DNA of 64,000 bases, taken from positions 143,034,001 through 143,098,000 of the forward strand of contig OX597818.1 of the NCBI GenBank assembly GCA_951406725.2. The letters run 5' to 3'. Made by a program: the position numbers and the translations under genes. This DNA comes from Octopus vulgaris. Taxonomy: Eukaryota. Positions 51,992-64,000 of this stretch are shown here, one piece after another; positions within the stretch are counted from its first letter, which is position 1, and each line of letters begins with the position of its first letter. The notes under the pieces were generated by a model that did no database searches, was not told where the DNA came from, and was given only the letters and a program-made list of their open reading frames with translations.

Positions 51992-54900
51992 GAATTTAAT
52001 TACTTAAACCTAATTAGTCTTACTCAAGCCTTGTCCTTTTCTATGTTTAATGTTTTTTCCTTATTACTATTTTACATCTACACAAAGCAAATGCAAAAAT
52101 TGTCTCTTGACTTAAAAAGTATTTCTTTCCACTTTTCTCACCATTATATATAGTTACGAGATGACGGCCTCATCTCCATTCGAAGACGCGTCACTTTGAT
52201 ACACAAGGGAGATAACTCCCTAGTACAATTACCACAGCAACTCGCAGATTACATGTGGTCGATCCATCTGCTAGAAAACACAGCCAAATTTCCATCATAT
52301 CAAATCTTTCATCTGAAAAAAGAGAACGTTGTATTCGATAATCTAATCCTGAATGAACGAATATTTCAATTCTTTTGATTGAAAGTCCAGATACAATCGA
52401 TTCATTGCGTCTTCGTGCCTTTCTCGCAGTGAACAGAGACGGTGGTCCTGGTGTTCTCGTCCGATTCGATTTACGGTCGGGGCTGACTCACTTAGTTTTT
52501 GTCTCTTCTCAGGAATCCACACGCAGTGAAAATTTGTGCTCGTAGTTGCCCTTCTAGTCTGGCAATTACCTAAGCTTGTCCACCCCAGTCATGCCATGAA
52601 TATTGAGGTAGATACCATTTGTGCCTTCAAGAAACATGCTTAAAACAAGGGCTGAAGGGTGAGCCTCACTTCAGTGATTTTACCGGACACCGGACATTGA
52701 CACGGAAGTTTTGAAGTCGTCTTGCTATTACTTTATTAGTCACTGATTCTATATTCGGGTCATCTAACCCCTTGGCATGTCTTGTTTTTGACTCGGTGAG
52801 ATTTTAGCAACCCTCACGCCCGGGCAGGTTTAGCTGAGGATACGACTTAGTCACTGACGCCCCAACGTGGCAATAAGTTGCCCTGTGTTACATGTTGCCT
52901 GTGGTAATCGTGAACGACTTGACGTAAATCTTAATCTTACATATTTCCTAAATAGATGCAATACCTCATCATCATGTCTATTTCTAATACCTACACGTTG
53001 GTCGTAGTCATTGGTACTAAACCGTATGACTATTGATTTCATTACAAGTTTTCCCCTCTTACGTCCCGAAATGAAGGAAAATATGCCTGTTATGTGGATC
53101 AGTGCATCAGATACTGATCCATATAAGAGTGCTAAATGTATCTGACAACTGCAACTGGTTCACCCGTTATTCAATCCTCGCAAACCCACCTATTGAGGGG
53201 CTGCCTTTCTAATGAAAAACTATTGCACAATCGCCAGTCTTACTAGTAGTGTGAAAGTTGTCGATCTGTTATGTAATTTCAAATTACCGTGGTTTTGGAA
53301 AGGACACGGTGGACAATACAATCTAAGATATACGATAATACGGGCGAAATTTCTAAAAGCCAACAGAAACAGTATTTAACACTCAAGACCGGAGCAATTA
53401 CAAATCTATATGAATCTGTAAGAGGTTCTTAAGGATTTTTAATTTGTCCCTGCCCCCCACTAAAAAGGTCCCACATCACTTGGCTATTAAAATTCCATTC
53501 ATATCAATGGTGTAGCTCGAGTGTGTGCCACCCAGGGCAAGTCTTAAGTTTTCCGCGTCTACTTCTTAGTACAGGTTTACATAGCAGACCCAGAGGTGTT
53601 GACCCCACTAAAAGCGTCACCCTGGGCGGACCGCCTCCTCACCATTCCCAATTACGCTACTGATTCACATCCAAGGTATGTTGTTGCAGTTTTTCTCAAA
53701 AGTGAAGAAGGGCGTAGAGGAGCGGAGGGTCAGAGGTTGTAAAGACTAACAAAGCGTAGACAAATCGCTACGTTAAATATAATGAAAATTATTTCGAATA
53801 TTTAAAACTTGTCCAACACCAACCATGGCGAGGAAACAAGAATTGTATCGTTTTCTTATTGATAAAGAGGAAGCGGAGGATAGAATATTTCCCTAATATT
53901 TTGGTGGTGTTGCGAGTGGTGTTGCGAGTGGTGGTCATAGATATTTGTCAGTTTGAGAATCACTGCATTATTACGAAAGCAGAAATATTTTCGAGTAAAC
54001 TGATATTGCATAGCAACCTAACGAATGTTTCCATGCTAGGAGAAAGACTGGCAGTAGTGCAACACTGTTTCAAGTTTTGGCACAAGGCCAGCAATTTCGG
54101 TGCAGTGGGTAAGTCGCTTACACCATTGACCCGAGTGCTCAACTGGTACTTCTTTTATTGGTGAGCTGGAAGAAACATTAGCACGCCGGGCGAAATGCTT
54201 AGCGGTATTTCGTCTGCCGTTACGTTCTGAGTTCAAATTCCGCCGAGGTCGACTTTATCTTTCATCCTTTCGGGGTCGATAAATTAAGTACCAGTTACGC
54301 ACTGAAGTCGATGTAATCGACTTAATACCTATGTCTGTCCTTGTTTCTCCCCTCTTTGTTTAGCCCATTGTGGGTAATAAAGAAATAGGCACTTCTTTTA
54401 TCGATTCTGAAAGGGATGAAAGGCGAAGTTTCATCAGTGGAATTTGAACTCAGAACATAAAGACAGACGAAATGCTCCTAAGCATTTTGCCTGGCGTGCT
54501 AAAGTTTATTATGCTAATACTGTGTTTCCCATTAGAAATACGCCTTCCCTCACCCTAGGTGGGCCTCTGAGGACGACCGAAAATTGGGTGAATGTATTGT
54601 TCACACCCCCTTTTTTTTTACAAAATAAAAATTATTTTAAACATGGTCAGCACCATGACAAAGGAAGCAGAATTACGCTTTCTCATTAATAAAAAGGAAG
54701 AGTCCAAAATGTCCTAACTTTTTGGTGGAAGTGGTGGTAAGAAGCTGGTATTTCTAAGACAACAAGTGTGCGAATGGAATTCCCATTTCTGTTAGGCAGG
54801 TGTCTTAATTCCTAAAACCTGGGGGAAGGGAATGGATTTAGAAAAGAACATTGAAATTTTGAATCGAATTCACGGTACGTCTACATATTTTGAATAATTT

Positions 54901-55913
54901 TGTCCAAGGTATCCTTAATATTTTAAGACGTTAGGTGTGTGTTAGGGCTATGAGAACTAAACTGTATGGGGGAGGGTGGCTGAGGAAGGTTTAGCTGTTA
55001 TTTCTAGCGTGCCCAGCGAACACTTACCTGCATGTATATTACTTGCGCGCAGATGGACGCACGAATTAAAACTCTCAGGAAGGTTGGTGTCGGGATGGGT
55101 GTGTGTATTCCAAAACAAAAGAGGGATTCATTTAAAACAAAGAATTGAAATATTTTCCCTCCAGAATCGTAGTCTGTGGATATTTTTACACGGAATTTCA
55201 AAAATATTTTGAGAAAAAAGTTGAATACAAAAATATTAGAGGGGTTTGGGAGACATTGAATGTTTTATTATTAACTTGATATGAGAGACAAAGTGGAAAG
55301 GAGTGTCGTTGAAAACATGAGAACCCAAGAAGTATGTATGTGTGTGTGTGTTCGTTATTGAGGAGTTTACTGTTAAATGCGTAGCAAGTAAATTGCTTTA
55401 AGTTATGTCCGTTTATATGATGAGTAGGAATCGTAACGAGGTGGGTTTTCTCCGCAATGGCTCCAGTTTGATTAAGATAGAGTATGAATTAGTATAGCAG
55501 AGTAGCGAAGGCATGGACAATCTTTTTCGACTAGTGAACTGCATGAGATATTGCTCATCATGAATCGGGTCATACGACTAAAATAAAAATTTAACATCGT
55601 ATTTTGTTAGTGGTTTAGTCCGATGAATTGTAGTGTATGACAGAGAAGTTATAAAAAGAGTTGGTATAATCATGGAATTGTTTGATATAGAAAAAGTTGA
55701 AGAAAGGCGGCAGGTTGTTATGGAAATGTGTATGGCTGTGTTTGTTTTATAATATATTTAATTATTTAAACGTCGCAGCAAATCTGGTAGGCCATGACAA
55801 ATAAATTACTAAGCATAAAAACAAGAATGATAGAAGATTTGGTTATATAATAAAAGAAATAAAGCAAGATATTTAGTTTGAATAATGCAAAGAAATAAAA
55901 AAGAAAAAGAAAA

Positions 55914-56208
55914 GGTTGGAGTTCAATTATATCGAACAGGCTGCCAGCCGACGACTATTCACAGGCGCGATCCCACTACTGCTCGACACGGGGCCTTTTG
56001 CCTGCTGCGTTTCCGCCCTGGGCCGAAGCGACCCTCCTTAGACAACCTGGTCCTGACGAGCTCCCTCTCCAGCACCATATTGATGCCGAGCTTAGCGCGG
56101 ACACCCGATCGCCATAGAAGACCGACTACCAGGACTCCTATCCTCAAACCGGTCAACCAACCAAGCCTCCCAGTAGCTGGATTACAGGAGCACGCCACGA
56201 CTCCCGGC
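55914..56208 (-). ncRNA. 7SL: 7SL RNA gene, copy 7
   Basis: 295 nt; T4-C-T5 terminator; two private substitutions. Confidence 0.95.
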
Positions 56209-59200
56209 CATGGCACCTGTGAGAATTTAATTAATTAAACCTAATTAGTGTTACTCGGGCCTTGTCCTTTTCTATGTTTAATGTTTTTTTAATTACTATT
56301 TTACATCTACACAAAGCAAATGCAAAAATTGTTTCTTGACTTAAAAAGTATTTCTTTCCACTTTTCTCATCATTATATACAGTTACGAGATGACAGCCTC
56401 ATCTTCATTCGTAGACGCGTCATTTTGATACACAAGGAAGATAACTCCCTAGTACAATTACCACAGCAACTCACGTCTATTTCCGATACCTACTTGTTGG
56501 TCGTAGTCATTGGTACTAAACCGTATGACTATTGATTGCATTAGAAGTTTTCCCCTCTCACGTCCCGAAATGAAGGAAAATATGCCTGTTATGTGGATCA
56601 GTGCATAAGATACTGATCCATATAAGTGTGCTAAATGTATCTGACAACTGCAACTGGTTCACCCGTTATTCAATCCTCGCAAACTCATCTATTGAGGGGT
56701 TGCCTTTCCTATGAAAAACTATTGCAACATCGCCAGTCTTTCTAATAGTGTGAAAGTTTTCGATCTGTTATGTAATTTCAATTTACCGTGGATTTGGAAA
56801 GGACACGGTGGACAATACAATCTAAGATATACGAAAATACGGGCGAAATTTCTAAAAACCAACAGAAACAGTATTTAACACTCAAGACCGGAGCAATTAG
56901 AAATCTATATGAATCTGTAAGGAGTTCTTAAGGATTTTAAATTTGTCCCTGCCCCCCCCCCCCCTAAAAAGGTCCCACATCACTTGGCTATTAAAATTCC
57001 ATTCATATCAATGGTGTAGCTCGAGTGTGTGCCACCCAGAAGAAGTCTTAAGTTTTCCGCGTCTACTCCGTACAGTTTTACATAGCAAACCCAGAGGTGC
57101 CGTCCCCGTTAAAAGCGTCGCCCTGGGCGGACCACCTCCTCACCACTCCCAATTACGCTACTGATTCACATCCAAGGTATGTTGTTGCAGTTTTTCTCAA
57201 AAGTGGAGAAAAGCGAAGAGGAGCGGAGGGTCAGAGGTTGTAAAGACTAAAAAAGCATAGACAAATCGCTACATTAAATATAATGAAAATTATTTCGAAT
57301 ATTTAAAACTTGTCCAACACCAACCATGGCAAGGAAACAGGAATTGTATCGTTTTCTCATTGATATAGAGGAGGCGGAGGATAAAATATTACCCTCATAT
57401 TTTGGTGGTGTTGCGAGTGGTGTTGCGAGTGGTGTTGCGAGTGGTGGTGATAGATATTTGTCAGTTTGAGAATCACTGCATTATTACGAGAGCAGAAATA
57501 TTTCCGAGTAAACTGAAATTGTATAACAACCTAACGAATGTTTCCATGCTAGGAGAAAGACTGTCAGAAGTGCAACACTGTTTCAAATTTTGGCACAAGG
57601 CCAGCAATTTCGGTGGAGTGAGAAAGTCGTTTACATCATTGACCCCAGTGCTCAACTGGTACTTCTTTTATTGGTGAGCTGGAAGAAACGTTAGCACGCC
57701 GGGCGAAATGCTTAACGGTATTTCGTCTGCCGTTACGTTCTGAGTTCAAATTCCGCCGAGGTCCACTTGATCTTTCATCCTTTCGGGGTCGATAAATTAA
57801 GCACCAGTTACGCACTGAAGTCGATGTAATCGACTTAATACCTATGTCTGTCCTTGTTTCTCCCCTCTGTGTTTAGCCCCTTTTGGGTAATAAAGAAATA
57901 GGTACTTCTTTTATCGATTCTGAAAGGGATGAAAGGCGAGTCAACATCAGTGGAATTTAAACTCAGAACATAAAAGACAGACGAAATGCTCCTAAGCATT
58001 TTGCCTGGCGTGCTAAAGTTTATTATGCCATTACTGTGTTTCCCATTAGAAAGACGCCTTCCCTCACCCTAAGTGGGCCCCTGAGAATGACCGAAAATTG
58101 GGTGAATGTATTGTTCACACCCCCTTTTTTTTTACAAAATGAAAATTCTTTTAAACATGGTCAGCACCATGTCAAAGGAAGCAGAATTACGCTTTCTCAT
58201 TAATAAAAAGGAAGAGTCCAAAATGTCCTAACTTTTTGGTGGTTTTGGTGGTAAGAAGCTGGTATTTCTAAGACAACAAGTGTGCGAATGGAATTCCCAT
58301 TTCTGTTAGGCAGGTGTCTTAATTCCTAAAACCTGGGGGAAGGGAATGGATTTAGAAAAGAACATTGAAGTTTTGAATCGAATTCACGGTACGTCTACAT
58401 ATTTTGAATTATTTAGTCCAAGGTATCCTTAATATTTTAAGACGTTAGGTGTGTGTTAGGGCTATGAGAACTAAAATGTATGGGGGAGGGTGGTTGAGGG
58501 TGATTTAGCTGTTATTTCTAGCGTGTCCAGCGAACACAACCTGCTAGTTATTGTTCAGCAGATGGACGCACGAATTAAAACTCTCAGGAAGGTCGGTGTC
58601 GGGATGGGTGTGGGTATTCCAAAAACAAAAGAGGGATTCATTTAAAACAAAGAATTGAAATATTTTCCCTCCAGAATCGTAGTCTATGGATATTTTTACA
58701 CGGAATTTCAAAAATATTTTGAGAAAAAAGTTGAATACAAAAATATTAGAGGGGTTAGGGAGACATTGAATATTTTATTATTAACATGATATGGGAGACA
58801 AAGTGGAAAGGAGTGTCGTTGAAAACATGAGAATCCAAGGAAACTTTTGGAAAGGAAAAGTGGATGGGTGGAGGGTAGTTACTATTTAGATATGTCCGTC
58901 TAAATGTTACTTTTGTCTAATTCTCTCATTTAATTTCCAGAAAACTTATGGTGTGGGGAACTACCCGTGTCTTTACCATAGAGGTATACGGCACCACTCC
59001 AAGACTTCGTCCCATATTCATGTGGTTTACGTTGTTTGTGGAATTCTCATTTTGTTATTTGGGAATGGGATAATTAAGTTCCAGTAAGTAAATGGGTGGA
59101 TAATAAATAGCATTGTGGACGGTTGTTTTGCAGGGTGGCGTAGTTAAAAACTGAATATAAATCCGGAAGAGTCAGAATAATGTCTGAATATAGTTTTCGG

Positions 59201-59800
59201 AGGGATATAAGAAGTATGTGTGTGTGTGTGTGTGTTCGTTATTGAGGAGGTTACTGTTAAATGCGTAGCAAGTAAATTGCTTTAAGTTATGTCCGTTTAT
59301 ATGATGAGTAGGAATCGTAACGAGGTGGGTTTTCTCAGCAATGGCTCCAGTTTGATTAAAATAGAGTATGAATTAGTATAGCAGAGTAGCGAAGGCATGG
59401 ACAACCTTTTTCGACTAGTGAACTGCATGAGATATTGCTCATCATGAATCGGGTCATACGACTAAAATAAAAATTTGACATCGTATTTTGTTAGTGGTTT
59501 AGTCCGATCAGTTGTAGTGTATGACAGCGGAGTTATAAAAAGAGTTGGTATAATCATGGAATTGTTTAATATAGAAAAAGTTGAAGAAAGGCGGCAGGTT
59601 GTTATGGAAATGTGTGTGGCTGTGTTTGTTTTATAATATATTTAATTATTTAAACGTCGCAGCAAAGCTGGTAGGCCATGACAAATTAATTACTAAGCAT
59701 AAAAACAAGAATGATAGAAGATTTGGTTATATAATAAAAGAAATAAAGCAAGATATTTTAGTTTGAATAATGCAAAGAAATAAAATTTAAAAAAAAAAAA

Positions 59801-60095
59801 GGTTGGAGTTCAATTATATCGAACAGGCTGCCAGCCGACGACTATTCACAGGCGCGATCCCACTACTGCTCGACACGGGGCCTTTTGCCTGCTGCGTTTC
59901 CGCCCTGGGCCGAAGAGACCCTCCTTAGACAACCTGGTCCTGATGAGCTCCCTCTCCAGCACCATATTGATGCCGAGCTTAGCGCGGACACCCGATCGCC
60001 ATAGAAGACCGACTACCAGGACTCCCATCCTCAAACCGGTCAACCAACCAAGCCTCCGAGTAGCTGGATTACAGGAGCGCGCCACGACTCCCGGC
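59801..60095 (-). ncRNA. 7SL: 7SL RNA gene, copy 8
   Basis: 295 nt; T12 terminator. Confidence 0.96.
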
Positions 60096-63000
60096 CATGG
60101 GACCTGTTCGAATTTAATTAATTAAACCTAATTTGTCCTACTCAGGCCTTGTCCTTTTCTAAGCAAATGCAAAAATTGTCTCTTGACTTAAAAAGTATTT
60201 CTTTCCACTTTTCTCATCATTATATACAGTTATGAGATGACAGCCTCATCTTCATTCGTAGACGCGTCACTTTGATACACAAGGGAGATAACTCCCTAGT
60301 ACAATTACCACAGCAACTCGCAGATTGTATGTGGTCGATCCATCTGCTAGAAAAGACAGCCAAATCTCCATCATATCAAATCTTTCTTCCGAAAAAAGAG
60401 AACGTTGTATTCGATAATCTAATCCTGAATGAACGAATATTTCAATTCTTTTGATTGAAAGTCCAGATACAATCGATTCATTGCGTCTTCGTGCCTTTCT
60501 CGCAGTGAACAGAGACGGTGGTCCTGGAGTTCTCTTCCGATTCGATTTACGGTCGGGGCTGACTCACTTAGTTTTTGTCTCTTCTCAGGAATCTACACGC
60601 AGTGAAAGTTTGTGCTCGTAGTTGCCCTTCTAGTCTGGCAGTTACCTAAGCTTGTCGACCCCAGTCGTGCCGCGAATGTTGCGGTAGATACCATTTGTGC
60701 CTTCAAGAAACATGCTTAAAACAAGGGTTGAAGGGTGAGCCTCACTTCAGTGATTTTACCGGACACCGGACATTGACACGGAAGTTTTGAAGTCGTCTTG
60801 CTATTACTTTATTAGTCACTGATTCTATATTCGGGTCATCTATCCCCTCGGCATGTCTTGTTTTTGACTCGGTGAGTTTTTAGCAACCCTCACCCCCGGG
60901 CAGGTTTAACTGAGGATATGGTTTAGTCACTGACGCCCCAACGTGGCAATAAGTTGCCCTGTGTTACATGTTACCTGTGGTAATCGTGAACCACTTGACG
61001 TAAATCTTAATCTTACATATTTTCTAAATAGATGCAATACCTCATCATCACGTCTATTTCCGATACCTACTTGTTGGTCGTAGTCATTGGTACTAAACCG
61101 TATTTCTATTGATTTCATTACAAGTTTTCCCCTCTCATGTCCCGAAATGAAGGAAAATATGTCTGTTATGTGGATCAGTGCATAAGATACTGATCCATAT
61201 AAGTGTGCTAAATGTATCTAACAACTACAACTGGTTCACCCGTTATTCAATCCTCGCAAACCCACCTATTGAGGGGCTGCCTTTCTAATGAAAAACTATT
61301 GCACAATCGCCAGTCTTACTAGTAGTGTGAAAGTTGTCGATCTGTTATGTAATTTCAAATTACCGTGGTTTTGGAAAGGACACGGTGGACAATACAATCT
61401 AAGATATACGATAATACGGGCGAAATTTCTAAAAGCCAACAGAAACAGTATTTAACACTCAAGACCGGAGCAATTACAAATCTATATGAATCTGTAAGAG
61501 GTTCTTAAGGATTTTCAATTTGTCCCTGCCCCCCACTAAAAAGGTCCCACATCACTTGGCTATTAAAATTCCATTCATATCAATGGTGTAGCTCGAGTGT
61601 GTGCCACCCAGGGCAAGTCTTAATTTTTTCCGCCTCTACACCGTACAGGTTTACATAGCAAACCCAGAGGTGTTGTCCCCACTAAAAGCGTCACCCTGGG
61701 CGGACCGCCTCCTCACCATTCCCAATTACGCTACTGATTCACATCCAAGGTATGTTGTTGCAGTTTTTCTCAAAAGTGAAGAAGGGCGTAGAGGAGCGGA
61801 GGGTCAGAGTTTGTAAAGACTAACAAAGCGTAGACAAATCGCTACATTAAATATAATGAAAATTATTTCGAATATTTAAAACTTGTCCAACACCAACCAT
61901 GGCGAGGAAACAAGAATTGTATCGTTTTCTTATTGATAAAGAGGAAGCGGAGGATAGAATATTTCCCTAATATTTTGGTGGTGTTGCGAGTGGTGTTGCG
62001 AGTGGTGGTCATAGATATTTGTCAGTTTGAGAATCACTGCATTATTACGAAAGCAGAAATATTTTCGAGTAAACTGATATTGCATAGCAACCTAACGAAT
62101 GTTTCCATGCTAGGAGAAAGACTGGCAGTAGTGCAGCACTGTTTCAAGTTTTGGCACAAGGCCAGCAATTTCGGTGCAGTGGGTAAGTCGCTAACACCAT
62201 TGACCCGAGTGCTCAACTGGTACTTCTTTTATTGGTGAGCTGGAAGAATCGTTATCATGCCGGGCGAAATGCTTAGCGGTATTTCGTCTGCCGTTACGTT
62301 CTGAGTTCAAATTCCGCCGAGGTCGACTTTATCTTTCATCCTTTCGGGGTCGATAAATTAAGTACCAGTTACGCACTGAAGTCGATGTAATCGACTTAAT
62401 ACCTATGTCTGTCCTTGTTTCTCCCCTCTTTGTTTAGCCCCTTGTGGGTAATAAAGAAATAGGCACTTCTTTTATCGATTCTGAAAGGGATGAAAGGCGA
62501 AGTTTCATCAGTGGAATTTGAACTCAGAACATAAAAGACAGACGAAATGCTCCTAAGCATTTTGCCTGGCGTGCTAAAGTTTATTATGCTAATACTGTGT
62601 TTCCCATTAGAAAGACGCCTTCCCTCACCCTAAGTGGGCCTCTGAGGATGACCGAAAATTGGGTGAATGTATTGTTCACACCCCCTTTTTTTTTACAAAA
62701 TTAAAATTATTTTAAACATGGTCAGCACCATGACAAAGGAAGCAGAATTACGCTTTCTCATTAATAAAAAGGAAGAGTCCAAAATGTCCTAACTTTTTGG
62801 TGGAAGTGGTGGTAAGAAGCTGGTATTTCTAAGACAACAAGTGTGCGAATGGAATTCCCATTTCTGTTAGGCAGGTGTCTTAATTCCTAAAACCTGGGGG
62901 AAGGGAATGGATTTAGAAAAGAACATTGAAATTTTGAATCGAATTCACGGTACGTCTACATATTTTGAATAATTTTGTCCAAGGTATCCTTAATATTTTA

Positions 63001-63989
63001 AGACGTTATGTGTGTGTTAGGGCTATGAGAACTAAACTGTATGGGGGAGGGTGGCTGAGGAAGGTTTAGCTGTTATTTCTAGCGTGCCCAGCGAACACTT
63101 ACCTGCATGTATATTACTTGCGCGCAGATGGACGCACGAATTAAAACTCTCAGGAAGGTTGGTGTCGGGATGGGTGTGTGTATTCCAAAAACAAAAGAGG
63201 GATTCATTTAAAACAAAGAATTGAAATATTTTCCCTCCAGAATCGTAGTCTGTGGATATTTTTACACGGAATTTCAAAAATATTTTGAGAAAAAAGTTGA
63301 ATACAAAAATATTAGAGGGGTTTGGGAGACATTGAATGTTTTATTATTAACTTGATATGAGAGACAAAGTGGAAAGGAGTGTCGTTGAAAACATGAGAAC
63401 CCAAGAAGTATGTATGTGTGTGTGTGTTCGTTATTGAGGAGTTTACTGTTAAATGCGTAGCAAGTAAATTGCTTTAAGTTATGTCCGTTTATATGATGAG
63501 TAGGAATCGTAACGAGGTGGGTTTTCTCCGCAATGGCTCCAGTTTGATTAAGATAGAGTATGAATTAGTATAGCAGAGTAGCGAAGGCATGGACAATCTT
63601 TTTCGACTAGTGAACTGCATGAGATATTGCTCATCTTGAATCGGGTCATACGACTAAAATAAAAATTTAACATCGTATTTTGTTAGTGGTTTAGTCCGAT
63701 GAATTGTAGTGTATGACAGAGAAGTTATAAAAAGAGTTGGTATAATCATGGAATTGTTTAATATAGAAAAAGTTGAAGAAAGGCGGCAGGTTGTTATGGA
63801 AATGTGTATGGCTGTGTTTGTTTTATAATATATTTAATTATTTAAACGTCGCAGCAAATCTGGTAGGCCATGACAAATAAATTACTAAGCATAAAAACAA
63901 GAATGATAGAAGATTTGGTTATATAATAAAAGAAATAAAGCAAGATATTTAGTTTGAATAATGCAAAGAAATAAAAAAGAAAAAGAAAA

Positions 63990-64000
63990 GGTTGGAGTTC
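63990..64000 (-). ncRNA. 7SL: 3' end of 7SL copy 9 (cut by the window edge)
   Basis: GGTTGGAGTTC after the same flank and A-run as copy 7. Confidence 0.85.

Larger units (their letters stand above)
33401..64000 (-). repeat. Tandem 7SL gene array with two spacer classes
   Basis: periods 2832, 3224, 4623, 4431, 3191, 4212, 3887 and 4189 bp. Confidence 0.95.

Overview
AT-rich, microsatellite- and transposon-dense animal genomic DNA. The repeat families look like those of a coleoid cephalopod such as Octopus; this is pattern recognition, not a database result. The left part (1-14.3 kb) holds the last six coding exons of a + strand SLC5 sodium:solute symporter of the SMCT/SMVT type. Its introns carry tRNA-derived SINEs, a solo LTR, a Helitron and MITEs. 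The middle part (14-33 kb) contains CR1/L2-type and Tx1-type LINE fragments, a pogo remnant inside a multi-kb inverted duplication, and small hammerhead-ribozyme elements, one directly downstream of a tRNA-like head. From 33.4 kb to the window end is a head-to-tail array of 7SL (SRP) RNA genes on the minus strand: seven full 295-nt copies, one 5'-deleted copy, and a ninth cut by the window edge. The genes are separated by two spacer classes, A (~3.2 kb period) and B (~3.9-4.6 kb period), in the order A'-A-B-B-A-B-B-B. Both full A spacers contain an identical, intact-looking type I hammerhead ribozyme on the same strand as the 7SL genes. Most listed ORFs are artefacts of microsatellites, SINEs or the 7SL sequence.
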